A stretch of 64,000 nt of DNA from Podarcis filfolensis (Eukaryota): assembly GCA_964270895.1 (NCBI GenBank), contig OZ185443.1; one strand, 5' to 3'. A model generated the notes under the pieces. That model did not search any database, was not told the DNA's origin, and saw only the letters and a program-made list of their open reading frames with translations. Shown here piece after piece: positions 38,511 to 51,828 of this stretch (positions are counted from its first letter, which is position 1; each line of letters starts with the position of its first letter). A program made the position numbers and the translations under genes.

Positions 38511-38739
38511 CAGTCATACCCCATGTTACATCCGCTTCATGTTACGTTCTGTCAAGTTATGTCCCACAGCGACCCAGAAGTACCATAAAGGGTTACTTCC
38601 AGGTTTCACCGCTTGTGTATGCGCAGAAGTGGCAAATCACAACCCACACATGAGCAGACACACCACTGCGGGTTGCACTCTTTTCATGTTGTGAACAGGC
38701 CTCCGGAACGGATCCTGTTCGCAACCAGAGGTACCACTG
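38511..38739. mobile_element. Diverged Tc1/mariner-superfamily MITE
   Basis: TA-CAGTCATACCCC...GAGGTACCACTG-TA; the ends are related to the 14117 family. Confidence 0.7.
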
Positions 38740-38994
38740 TAATTTGTCATTCAGTGTCCCACAACTGTTTTAAAGTTATTCACCGGAGTAACATTGATTA
38801 GAACATAAAGCTACTCAATTTCACTGTCCTATCCTGCTGAAGGTTAAAATGAATGCAATTATAATGCAGCAAAGGTCCTCACTCCTCTCCTGTTGTTTGC
38901 ACTATTCTCTATCCACGAGTGCTGTAGTTGGGACAGCTGCCCCACCAGTGTTAAGAGAGAACTCGCTCCCGTTGCTCTTTGAATATGGTCATAC

Positions 38995-39161
38995 CAGACG
39001 TGCCAGCTTCTCAGCATGATTGAGGGGGCCTGGCGCAACATCATGAGGAGTCACAGGGTGGATCCGAATGCCCTCTGAACACTGAGGGGGCCTGGCCCCC
39101 TCAAAAATATACAGTATGGGGTGGCCCAAAGTGCTTCTGCTCCTATGAGCCGGCGCCTATG
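38995..39161. mobile_element. hAT-type MITE
   Basis: Perfect 8-bp TSD GGTCATAC (38987-38994 and 39162-39169). Degenerate TIRs CAGACGTGCCAGCT and AGCCGGCGCCTATG. Confidence 0.75.
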
Positions 39162-42100
39162 GGTCATACATACACAGCCACTGCCAACACAATATGATTA
39201 TTAAAAAATGCTAAATTATCTTCCCCGGACAGTCTTTATTAAGCCATTATTTCTTCTGCTGCTGCTGTTGCTGCTTACCCAATCACAGATGCTCAAGAAG
39301 TAAACGAAGATGTTTTGACACAATCACAATGTGTCTCCCAGCACCGATCAATGTCAAAAAAGGCTTCCGACTGTGATGTAAACACAGGGGCTTAGGCTTC
39401 TGTTTAGGGTAGATCTCTGGAGGGGGTGATAAGAGCAGCAGCAACCAATCACACAATTTCAAGGTATTTCTTGAAAGCATGGGGAATTCTGTTCCGTGTG
39501 TGTGTGTGTGTGTGTGTATGCGTGAGACAAAAACATGTCATTATCCTTTCCTTTGTAACTATTCTTAATTGCTGGCAGCTTGTTGAATGACTAACAAACA
39601 AAATATTAATGAACAATCGCTACCCACTCGAGCAGAAAAGCAGCCCACACAACTCCTGTCTGTACCTACAGGTTTCACATTTTGACTATTCTCAGATCCC
39701 ATTTACTGTGTTCCGTGTATAATTGACAAATTAAACCGCCATTATTTTTGTTTCAATGAGAGGAGTGCTTTAAAATCTGTGGGGCAGATGTGATCCTGGT
39801 CAAACAGTCTCTAATTTCCGCACCATACTGGCTCTTGGTAATTGATGTGCGTACATAGGAAACAACAGCTGAAGTTCAAGCACTGGAGATTTGGAGATTT
39901 AGTAGTGACAAAACCCTTTATTTATTATCTTGGGAAGCATACAGCATTGGAGCAGTTGGCACTGGGGGCGGCAATACTCTCTTGTATAGTAATCTGTGAC
40001 TGTCTTCATGGCGTTCCACCCAAACTTTGTCTAATGCAAAAATCTGAAGTGAATTTCAGATGTTGGACACATCAAAGGAAATTTCTGGAAACAGAGGTAT
40101 GATAGCCCTAGTGAAATTCCCTAAGTACCGGTATTCATTATGCATCCTTAGGCAGGAGGGTTCCCAGATAATCTGAGAGTCAGAATACATTATATTTCAC
40201 TAGGAAAAAAAGAGACAAAAGAAGCCCACTTTGAAAAACCAGAGTCATGAAAAGCAATTGCAAGATCTGAGTTGGGTTACTGCAAAGAGGGCTAATGAAG
40301 CTTTTCTATTATCGTTCAAACAGCAGGCAATTTAGAGCTACTGTGTGAGCCTTCCAAGGCTAGATTTCTTTCAGTAGCTGACCAAGAAAATGCTGGCAAT
40401 GATTCTTCTGTGAATTACTTAGATCTCAAACACACTTACCCATCCAGCCTTTTTGCAGCAAAGGCCAAGATGAACATGGTTGTGAACTGTATTGGATTTT
40501 TGAACAAGTTAGTAATAATGATTGTGTGAAGATTGAGGAAGTGGCTCAAAGGACAGAACCATAAATAATATAAAGGCACCAGGAGGTGCAGCGATTTTCT
40601 AAACCATTCATAACGAGGTGGCTCCAATTAGTCTACTTCCTCTTCTGGTTTTTGCTTTAGATACAGGAGTTATACTAGGGTGATTATTCTGTGTTGAAAC
40701 CAGACTTTCCAGAAAAATGTTCAACAGCGCTATAACCTTCTTAGCCTTTTTCTGGAGTTCTGCGGCGGATTAAATAAACACATTGAGGGGGGGGGGAGTG
40801 GGGAGATGGCCCCACCAATTGCCATTCCTCTCACCCTCCAGGAGTTTAAGCTCAAACTAGTGAAGCGGGAGGCTGTCAAGTGATAAGCTTTGTTGCAGTG
40901 ATGGGGAATTGAATTCATATGATAAAGGAGCTAATCCAGGGACACAGGGCCTAACTGAAATAACAAACAAGATTGTATTAGTTGGTGTGTAGCACCTTGT
41001 TCAGAATCTCATTCATCATAGACCACCTCTTTCTATATAAGCATCTGTATATTTTAAGGCTCTTTCAACAGCCTGCTCAGTCTTATTTTTGCAATAGAAG
41101 TTGTGGAGAGCTGGCCTTGATTTCTGGCTAGAAATCTGAACTATGAATCAGGAAATCCCATGTTGAAAATTCACCTCTGACATAAGCCCACAAAAGTGGC
41201 ATTGGGCAAGCCTACATTCTCTCTCTCGGCATATTCCCTGGCTTGCCCCACGTGGTTATTGTAAGCAGGGCATTCTTTCAGGAGGAAATCCGTTTTGGCA
41301 CCTCTCAGGTGGGTGCCATTGGCATTCAACGAAAACAAGGGAAATGTTCATGGTGAGTTCCGGCACTTCTTTTTCTAGTACGATAGCACTGATGAGAAGA
41401 ACTGGAAAATGCTAATATATGTGAATTACATTGGAGATATAAAAGCAATATAACAATCAACTTATTTAACAGGCTTTTCATTGCTATGGCCCAGAGTTTA
41501 GAGATGCACCTTATACTGATGTTCAAAATGGCGTAGGTCTCTCAGAAAGTTGAATATGGCAGGTATTTTAATTGGCACTTCAGGGCACCTGCTTTTAGTT
41601 TTCCTACTGTGGATCACTTCTCTGAGCTATTTTAACATGCTTCTTGGATTTACGTTAACTGTTGCGATAAATGTTAGTCACCCAGGATTATCACTAGGAA
41701 ATTTTGGGTGCATAGCACTGTTATGTGCCAGACATGGTTGCATAAAAGCCCTAATTCATCTGGAGAGAATGTGAGGAAGGTTGGAATGGATCAGGGACAA
41801 CAGGGTGATTGCTACTGGCTAGAATTCCCCTGGTCTGAGTAGCAATCCATCCCCTTACTTCACATTCTCTTGTTCTCCAGCCAGAACAAGGGGTGGTATT
41901 GGAGAGTTTGGTGCATTGTGTATTAAATGTTGGCATTCACTTGCCTTATTGCTTCAGCAGGTTTGTTGCTGCAAAATAATTCAGAGCTGCTCTCATAGCA
42001 TTCTCTGCTGATTTTCCATTTCAGCAGCAAAGAGGGTCAGAATTGCTTAGTTTCATGGGTTTAACTACATCAGGTGCCTTCAGCCCACTCTCAGAACATT

Positions 42101-44268
42101 GTGGATGAAGACACAGATTAGTTCTTCTAGAAAGGTGAGGTCACTATCATCTACAGTGTCTACACGTATTTTTCATTCTCTCATTATTTGGTCAAACAGT
42201 TTTTTGTAGTGGTGAAGTACCTGATTAGAGAAACTTCAGTTGGATCAAAGAAATGCAAACTATGGATAAACATAGTTTATCACCATACCTTTAATTTCTC
42301 TCCAAAAAAATAAACTAAAAATAAATTTAAAAATGCCTGTCTCCAGACAATGATTATAACCACCTCACTGAGTCATCCATGTTTTTTTGTTTCCAATAAT
42401 GAATGCTTCTATTATCTTATGATTTAAACTTTTACGTTGACATACATATTTCAGTTCCAACAGCAGGATTTACTAGCAATTACATTTGACCATAACCAGA
42501 ACTGCAGAAGTTGTTATCTGTGGTAGTTCAGATAGCAAATATATTAACATTGAGGTCTGTTTCTTTAATCGTGACCTTACTCCATGAGGCATGAGAAATT
42601 TATAACACATTAGACTGAGGAGCTCTGCTCCTTCGAAAAGATGTGCAATGCAGAGTTCAACTTTTCCCGATCTGCAATCACTCTAGGGCTGTAATAAAAG
42701 CTGCAAAATAGCAATTAACATGCACATCATTCACTGGGAAAGGCTTTTGCTGGTATTAACGTCCTACTCATTTAAATTCCGAGGAACAGCTTTAGTGAGT
42801 TGAACATTATGTGTGTTAATTTTGGGTCAAATAATTCCTTAGACCAGCAAAGGGAGAAGAGGGAACCCCAATATGCTTTTAGTGGAGGGGGTGGACAGAT
42901 ATACCTTGGTAGCTGCTAAATTCAGAGAAGAAACGATATCAATCATTGCAGGTCAGTGTTACTGCTCTCCCCATGTCGTAGCTAAACATTCCTACCTGGC
43001 TTGGTATTCCTTTTATTAGAAGAGAGAATAGATAAGTTTCACCTGTTTGGACAGTAAAATGCATGACTTGACCCAAATATTCAGAAGAATAAAGACCTGG
43101 CTTTAAATAACATCTGGGCTCCTTTGTTCTCTCTGATAGCTCTCTCTTGCCAACTATGCTGTGAAGGAGAGCTGGATTGAGGTTTGCTAGGGCACTTGGC
43201 TGTTCTTCAAAGTAGGTCAGCCTGGCTGGGAAGAGATCCTGGTTTTGGTTCATCATAGCCCTCTGGTGTTTTCTGCTAGCAGAACTCCATATTTTTTTTA
43301 ACAGTCCCGTAAATGAGCAAATGGAAGAAATGTATTGGCATTTCAACACTCCACCTCCCTCGCTCTCCAAATGAAAGTGGTGATTTATATCAGACGCATA
43401 AATGCTCCCCATCCCCTATTACCTCCAGACCATCTGGAGAGCTGACACTGGGATCAATTGGCATCTTAAGATGGCAATTATTAGCTAATGTTAATGCTGT
43501 GTAAATTTATATAGGCAAAGGGATGATTAATTACATCCCGTGTTTTCTGCTCACTAGGTCCGCTGGGTGGCTTATAAGAATAAAATCTATTGTTGTAAAA
43601 TTAAATATTTAAAACACAGTAAAGTTTACCAATGTGAACAAAATGGCCAGCATGGGGGGGAAACAAACAAAGTTGTGTTATGACCCCACTAAGCCCTCTG
43701 GAAACAGAGTGCAATTTCTACAGGCTTCCAGAGGATCCAACTGCACATTTTTGGAACACTGCTGCAAAAATGCCCCGCTCCAATATAATACAGACATTTT
43801 TAAGGAGACTACAAGCAAAGCAAAATTTAAATTCAACCAACCACGTTCAAAAGGGCAAAGGGGGGAGGAGGAGATGTGAGAGGGAGCTCTTTCTTTCTAT
43901 CTTCTTTCCTCATTCTCAAGTCTCAGCTCATTCCTTCTTGGCACACTCCTTGAGCTTAGTATTAACTACTGTGCATCTGTGTGCCACTGCTGACCAGGAG
44001 TAATTACATCAGCCCTGCCCAATTTATGACCTACCCAGCTGAAGAGAGCACACCATCCCTGTGCCATGGCCTCTGTGGTGTTGCTTCCAGGAAGGAAGCA
44101 ATGCCAGGTAATTTAGGGTGCATTCAGCTTGGTTGGTCACTCACTGTGTCCACCCTGCCTTGCTCAGCTGTTCTAGCAGCAAGAGGGCAACCATGGAAGT
44201 GCAGGAGAACTTATCTTGCAATCTCAGTAATGTATCTTGCTTTGTCAATGCACATCAAGTTTACAGTA

Positions 44269-44494
44269 CAGTGCTACCTTGGGTTAAGTACTTAATTCAT
44301 TCCGGAGGCCCGTTCTTAACCTGAAACTGTTCTTAACTTGAAGCACCACTTTAGCTAATGGGGCCTCCTGCTGCCGCTGTGCCACCAAAGCACGATTTCT
44401 GTTCTTATCCTGAAGCAAAGTTCTTAACCTGAGGTACTATTTCTGAGTTAGCGGAGTCTGTAACCTGAAGTGTATGTAACCTGAGGCACCACTG
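44269..44494. mobile_element. Tc1/mariner-superfamily MITE (orientation as 34420)
   Basis: TA-CAGTGCTACCTT...GAGGCACCACTG-TA. Confidence 0.87.
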
Positions 44495-44692
44495 TAAGTA
44501 GTTTTAGTCTGCAGTAATCCTGTTGTTACAACCAATTATGATACCATTTGGTATTATTATTATTTTTAAAATAAAACAAGTAACTAAGCCTTCTGTCATC
44601 CACATTTGTCTGTGTGCATGCTCACTGCCCCCAAGACCAGATGCCTGAGAAGATGTATCTATCTACTCCCTGCTTTTCTTAGCACTCTCAGG

Positions 44693-44843
44693 CAGTGCTT
44701 TTTTTCTGGGGGGGAGACGCAGGGGTACGCATACCCCTAAACATTTTGTGAATCTAAGTTAGGCCTCGTTGAGGGGCAGTATTTCAATATGAGTAGGAAA
44801 ATGAGAGTACCCTTAAACATTTTCTTTTAGAAAAAAAGCACTG
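44693..44843. mobile_element. hAT-type MITE
   Basis: TIRs CAGTGCTTTTTTTCT and AGAAAAAAAGCACTG. TSD CTCTCAGG/CTGTCGGG (6/8). Confidence 0.8.
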
Positions 44844-45322
44844 CTGTCGGGCACTCATAACACTTCCCTTAATCCAACTCACACATGTTGCAAGATGTAA
44901 AACACTACACTCCAGGTCCTGAAAGCCCCATTTACACTGATATGAAGGTGTTTTTCTGTACCAGGCTTGCATACCACTGCAGTATGAGTATGAGTATTGG
45001 AATTGCATGGAGTGGAGCAATTGGGTGACACTTTTCCTACTCACTTACCACCAACTGGGGAGGGAAAGGGGAGAAGAGGATGTTGAAAGAAGGGCCACAT
45101 TACTGGTCTGTCCAATGAGTGTCTGGTATCCATATGTGCACAGAAGTTATGTGGAATCTTCTGCATAAGCAACTAGCTCAATTCCTGCTAACACTATATA
45201 TGAGTAAAACGGAAATGTCCTTTGAAAGAACAAGTGCCTCTTCTCCAGGGGCAACTTCGCTTACATATCACAAAACCTGCTCAGAAAACATACCCCACAA
45301 TCATGTTCCCCAGCTATGTTGG

Positions 45323-45575
45323 TCATAGAATTGTAGAGTTGGAAGGGACCCCAAGGGTCATCTAGTCCAACCCCCTGTAATGCAGGAATCTCAGCTAAAG
45401 CATCCATTACAGGTGGCCATCCAACATCTGCTTAAAAACCTCCAATGAGAGTCCACAACCCCCTGAGGGACCGTTCCGCTCTTGAACAACTCTTACTGTC
45501 AGAAAGTATATCTGTATGTTTAGTTGGAATCTCCTGTCTTGTAACTTGAAGCCATTGGTTTGAGTCCTACCCTCC
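45323..45575 (-). mobile_element. CR1 LINE 3' fragment
   Basis: TCATAGAATTGTAGAGTTGGAAGGGACC...ATCTAGTCCAACCCCCTG is the reverse complement of a CR1 3' end. Confidence 0.82.
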
Positions 45576-48294
45576 GTACAGCTTAGCCTGAAGTTTACAT
45601 GAATGGGATCAGCATCCCTGGAATCAAATGTGTTTCTGTGCTGTTACCCACCCTGAGATCTGTGGATGAAGGCCGGTATACTAACTAACTAACAGAATAA
45701 ATGAATGAATAAGTCCCCCCAAATCAGAACTATTTAGATTACCCTATAGGTATCTGGCACACACACCCATCTCCTGGTAGAATTTTTTTGAAATAATTTC
45801 CATTTCATTGGCCAAATCATCAGCTTCTTCGCTATACACTTAGCTTGCATTCTTTGTCTTCATTTTAGAGATTTGGAAAATTAATTTCCCCTTGCTACTT
45901 CCTTATCTGGTACACTACCCTGCAGTGACTGAGACTGCAGATTTTTCAAGTCATTCTCACATTCTGGATTGATTGTGGCTGTTCAGTGCCGTGGGTCACA
46001 TTGTGTCATATACTACCGTTCTTGATCACTTTTCTGTCAAGCCAAGACACCTATCTAATATCTTTGTATCTCCCCAGAGCATGTGCTTAATATCAGGTTA
46101 TGTTTTATTTGTGTTGTTGAAAGTTCCACTTAATGGTGTCACACACTCTAATGTGCCCAGTTGTGACTTAAAAACTCAGCAACAACGTTGGGGCAAGCCT
46201 TTGTTTCCCTCCAACTATCTTATTTCGATCAGGGCAGCTACAGCTTTTACAATAAGAGGAAATCTCACCTTCCAACTGTTCAAATTATTAGCACTTCTGT
46301 TTGTTTGTTAGAGAATACATTACAGCACATTCATTCAACGTGTTCTGTGTAGTCTTCTGCAATGGATCTGTGGGAAATATTTTTTCCCCCTCTCTTGTGT
46401 GATTCATAATGCGAAATAATGAGAAGGGGGGGAGCATTCTTCAGATATAGAAATGTAATAACATTTTTGGTGTTACTTTGCTTTGCTTTACTCAGTGCAG
46501 ACGCTTTGCAATTAATAGACCCAACTTATATAAATTGTGTTAAATAAAATAAAATAAATATCACTTGATTGTTAGAAAACCTCTACACAGTTTACAAAAA
46601 AAATCAACTAAAACATTAACATTATTGATAAAAACAGTTAAAAACTGGTGCCATGTTCATTAATTTCTGAGTACTCAGAAATTCTGTTATTCATTAATAC
46701 TCTGAGTAACACTTAGTTGACTTCCACACTTTGGTTAGCTTGGCTTATTTAATGATTGCTAGGCCTGGCACCCACAAACTTGTAACATTGCATTATCCCT
46801 TTTGACATTCTGTCACTTTGTTATTGCTTCATTCTTCCTAAAATAATGGCTTCTTTTTCAGCCCACCTATCTTCTCCAGGCTCCTGGGTCCCTGACCACA
46901 TTTTGTTTGGTCTTATGGCTTTGCTGCCCTCAATTCCTCAAAAGTCTCCCAATATCTTTAGTGGGCCTATGAAGAGATGCAGTTAGGAAATATTTGATTC
47001 CGATCTTCTTAGTTTTACAGGGGAACCCCTGGCAATGTGTATTATGAAAATGTGGGCAGCAGCCAGCCCTGCTGCATTTTGGGGGTCCCATTGTCTTTCT
47101 TCTGTGTGGGTCCTACTGGGTCTACCCTTTATCTTTTGCTGCCCACTTTACCAGAATACCCCATGTATGACCCTCTCTCTTCAAACCTTACCTCAAGTTC
47201 CATCTCTTGTGTGAAGGCTTTGACTTAACCTCTGCATCTCCTTTCCCAGTTGAAGAAAATGTCATGCCATACGTTTAAAGTGCTCTTATATCACTTTAAT
47301 AGCCACAGAGTATCTTAGGAACTGTAGTTAGCTAAGAGGGCTTGGAATTGTACATCTGTAAGGCCGGGAGTCAACAGTTTGTGACTTGAAGTGGTGTGAA
47401 AGTGTGCTTTAAATGTATGCTCTGGATCTTACCCTGGTTGCATCCATCCCTTGCTTCCCTTGGTTGTTGTCTTACTTCAACCCTCCCATCAAACCGTAGA
47501 TGGAAAGTAATCAGGACTAGTAACTCTCTTGCCTCCCCCCACCTTCTTCTGCAAAGTGCCATGTCCACGAAAAGAACAGTAATCCAATTGACTTCCCCCG
47601 TCCCTTCTCCCTTTCCCCTTGAAACTGAGTTGCTCTCTGGTTCATATTATCTCTGGGCCATGTTTTGGATTGTTATTAGCAACTTGAGATGACCTGGGGG
47701 AATAATATGCCTGCATATATATATTTTTTCCAAAACAAAAATATCTTCTCTCCACTGTAATCAAGTCAGTCAGCAGGTCAGCTTACATGGAAATAAAATG
47801 AAGAGATAAATGTAGCAGCAGCCGTGTTGGAGCACTAGAAATAGCCTGTGAGTCCTGACAATGTAAAGAGACTAACAAAGCTTCATGGAATTTACTTGTT
47901 TCGAACTTTTTTTTTTAATGTGAATTACGTAACTATGCTGAGAGTTTTCTTTTCCATGAATTAGCCAAGCATAAAAAGCAATTCATGGTCTTTCTCCTTC
48001 TTTGGAAGTGTTATACCTCCAGTGGGATGTGAGAATTTTCTGTTTGAGCAGCAGGAGCCACACCTCATTTCTTTCTCCATGGGGCTGGAGCACCACTGAG
48101 ACCTTCAACCATATTCAAACTGATTTAATTAGAAATGGGAGGCATGTTGATATTGATTCATTCAAAGCTCAGTAGCAAATCAACATTTCGCCCTCTGAAA
48201 AGGAGGGGGCAAGATTCCCGTTGCCTTTTTGCATCACACATTGGAAGGAGCATGGTCCGAACAATCTTAGACATACAAGTCCATTTCCAACGGG

Positions 48295-48645
48295 AAAGGT
48301 AAAGGTAAAGGGACTCCTGACCATTAGGTCCAGTCGTGACCGACTCTGGGGTTGCGGCACTCATCTTGCTTTATTGGCCGAGGGAGCCGCCATACAACTT
48401 CCGGGTCATGTGGCCAGCATGACTAAGCCGCTTCTGGCGAACCAGAGCAGTGCACGGAAACGCTGTTTACCTTCCCGCCGGAGCGGTACCTATTTATCTA
48501 CTTGCACTTTGACGTGCTTTCGAACTGCTAGGTTGGCAGGAGCAGGGACCGAACAACGGGAGCTCACCCCGTCGCGGGGATTCGAACCGTCAACCTTCTG
48601 ATCGGCAAGGCCTAGGCTCTGTGGTTTAACCCACAGTGCCACCCG
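48295..48645 (-). mobile_element. Sauria SINE
   Basis: Reverse complement of the 8130/49699 copies, with an (AAAGGT)n tail at the left. Confidence 0.92.
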
Positions 48646-49049
48646 GCATATTAAAAAACTTGGCTGTTCTTTGGCTGCATAGAGTGCTATGCAATCTAAG
48701 TGTGTATAAAGCCCTAGATGACTTGGGACTAGGCAAGTCAGAGAATCCCTGAAAAAAAGATTCATACATGTCATAAAATTCCTTTGCAAAGTGGTACAGT
48801 CAAACCTCATGTTGAAAGGCTGCTGGCAGTAAGTTCTACCTCTAATGTGGGTAGACATGTTTTATGAATGAGACCATGCTCAATATGGATGTGCAAAGAC
48901 CTTTCTTTGTGTGCTTCCTTTCACGGGCCTGGATGGCAACTGCTGCACATCGTTAATAATGCAGTGGTTTTTTCACCCCAGTGAGATTTATGTGAATATA
49001 CAATATATCTGCTCATCAAACTGAAATATACATCCAAAATACCACTATG

Positions 49050-49052
<3 letters not shown>

Positions 49053-49108
<56 letters not shown>
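49053..49108. repeat. Compound (TG)n(AG)n microsatellite
   Basis: Seen directly. Confidence 0.96.
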
Positions 49109-49331
49109 GGGGAACAATTGTTTAAAAATAAGCCAGAATCAGGAAACGATGCCAGAGAAACAGAGACGTAAAATAAGTATGGAAGAATAATAGGTGAAAG
49201 TCCCACTGAACTCAGTGGGGCTTACACCTGAGTAGACATGGAATAGGATTGTGTAATATGTAAAACACTGATTTTTCCACATTAGGAACTGGAGTTTACT
49301 AGTGTGCTATGAGAGGAGGCTGGCACATGTA

Positions 49332-49565
49332 CAGTGGTACCTTGGGTTACAAACATCTCGGGTTACAAACACCTCGGGTTACAGACTCCGCTAACCCGGA
49401 AGTAGTACCTTGGGTTAAGAACTTTATCTCAGGATGAGAACAGAAATCATGCGCTGGCAGCAGCGGGAGGCTCCATTAGCTAAAGTAGTACCTCAGGTTA
49501 AGAACAGTTTCAGGTTAAGAACAGACCTCTGGAACGAATTAAGTTCGTAACCAGAGGTACCACTG
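49332..49565. mobile_element. Tc1/mariner-superfamily MITE
   Basis: TA-CAGTGGTACCTT...GAGGTACCACTG-TA. Confidence 0.9.
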
Positions 49566-49698
49566 TACTGAAAAATGTTAGTTATTATGTTGCTGCCTTC
49601 ATCTCAAAGCAACATGCCCCTGAAACCCTAACACTGACCATCTTTTTGCTGATGTACTGTCTTGACATTCAGAGGAAGGGTTTGTTGCTTGCTTGTGT

Positions 49699-50035
49699 TG
49701 TGGGTTAAACCACAGAGCCTAGGACTTGCCAATAAGAAGGTTGGCAGTTCAAATCCCCGCGACGAGGTGAGCTCCCATTGCTCAGACCCAGCTCCTGCCA
49801 ACCTAGCAGTTCAAAAGCACATCAAAGTGCAAGTAGATAAATAGGTACCACTCTAGCGGGAAGGTAAACAGCGTTTCCGTGCGCTGCTCTGGTTCGCCAG
49901 AAGCGGCTTAGTCATGCTGGCCACTTGACCTGGAAGCTGTACGCTGGCTCCCTCGGCCAATAAAACGAGATGAGCGCCGCAACCCCAGAGTCGGCCACGA
50001 CTGGACCTAATGGTCAGGGGTCCCTTTACCTTTAC
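49699..50035 (+). mobile_element. Sauria SINE lacking its first ~15 nt
   Basis: TGTGGGTTAAACCACAGAGCCTAGG...GGGTCCCTTTACCTTTAC. Confidence 0.92.
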
Positions 50036-51382
50036 TGCTTGGTTTTACTTATATGCTGCTTTCCCACAATCAGCTGTGCCCCAAATGGCTTACAACAAAC
50101 ATTCAAAATAGAGAAGGAAAGAAAGAATGGCCTGCTGGGATTTTCTGATGCAGCCTGTGCTAGAGCCAATGAGTGTGGAGGGAAATCCCTGAAGCATCAC
50201 TATTGGTCAGGCTGATAGGACTGAAGGAAGTATGAGACTTCAGAAGGCACTATTGATTTTGCTTTCTGAAGACCTCTTCATTATTCTGGAAGGTGATAAA
50301 AAAACACACACCCATAACATAAAAAAGAATTATACTTTTTCAGGGTACAGTGAGGTGTGTCCCCAATTTTAGTCACGGATAAAATGCCATCTGGAAAGTC
50401 TCTGAATAGAATGAGGCACATTCATGGGGGGATGGTCAATTCAATGGAATCTGCATATTCATAAGCAGCATACTGCGATCATTTATTTATTTAACTTGTT
50501 GGCTGGTTAACACAAACTGAAAAAGTCTCTAAGTAACTTACATAAATTGATGATGCTAGGGACAAACAGGAAGAGAGAAGTAGGACATAGAATCACAGAA
50601 TTATAGGTGATGGCTTCATGGAGGGTTTGTTGTTTCTGTCTGTTAGGATGTTGTGTATTTTTGCTGGCTGGATCTGTTGGGAGTTGGTGTCCAATGACAT
50701 CTGGAGCTCCAGGGATTTCTCACCTCTGCTTTAAAAGCAATCTAGTTGGCTCTTGCTGATAACAGAATGCAAGGCCACATGGACCCTTGGCCTGAACCAC
50801 TTCAAAACATAAATTTCAGCCACCAGTTTCATTCATGGCAGTTGCCTTCTCATATGAGCAGTGAAATGTGTGTGAGGAAGACAAGGGTTTCAGGCAGGGC
50901 AACACACACTGCTCCTGAAAAATATGAATAAACCTTGTGCAAAATAATATCACTGTGGAAGAGGAAGAAAACGATCACTGGGTTCTTTCCCTCAGTTTCT
51001 CTTCAGCATCCACGAAATGCTGACAGGATTAATTGCCAGGATTCTCGCACCATCCCTACCCTTCCCATTTCCAGGAATGCCCTTGGGTGTCAGAGTTCAC
51101 TGAATACACTTTTAACAGCGTCAGCTATTTGAATTTTGAAATAACACAAGTCTGTAATTATAAGAACCAATGGATGCTCAATCCGAGTGGAAGCGTGTGG
51201 TGTCGATTGTGGCGGCCGTAGTTTGAAGCCTTTATTAAGTCAGCTGGCAAAACATCCAATCTCTCAGCATTAAATTTTATGGCAAAGGAGTGGAGTGACT
51301 GAACTGTTTTCTTTTCTCTCCCCCCTTCTGTTATATATCGCTTACATGGTCTAGTTCTCAAAACCACAGCCATTGATCTTTA

Positions 51383-51386
<4 letters not shown>

Positions 51387-51430
<44 letters not shown>
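51387..51430. repeat. (GT)n microsatellite
   Basis: Seen directly. Confidence 0.97.
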
Positions 51431-51432
<2 letters not shown>

Positions 51433-51828
51433 GTGTTACTGGTAGCCACACTATACTGTAACATTTATGGACTCTATAAAATCTTACATTGTTGTGGTCT
51501 TTCCTCAGAAGAGCTTTATGCCAGACAGCATGAAAGTTTCATGCTAAACTCGTCTGTGGCCAAAGTCATTCAGAAGAATTCTGCACCTGAGTTGCCTTAA
51601 TATAGGACAACCTGCAGCTTTGCAGAGACCTTCCCCTGTAGCTGCCCTTTCAGGTGGAGACAGATGTGCAATTTTAAATTGTGGTAGGATTGAACACACA
51701 CATCTTGCATTCCAAGGCATTTGTTTTCAGCCAGAGGAGGGATTCCAAAATGGCTCCCCGTCATGGCATGCACAGTGACCCACCATAAGCTCATGATTCT
51801 CCACAAGTATAACCCAGGTGCCAAAAAT

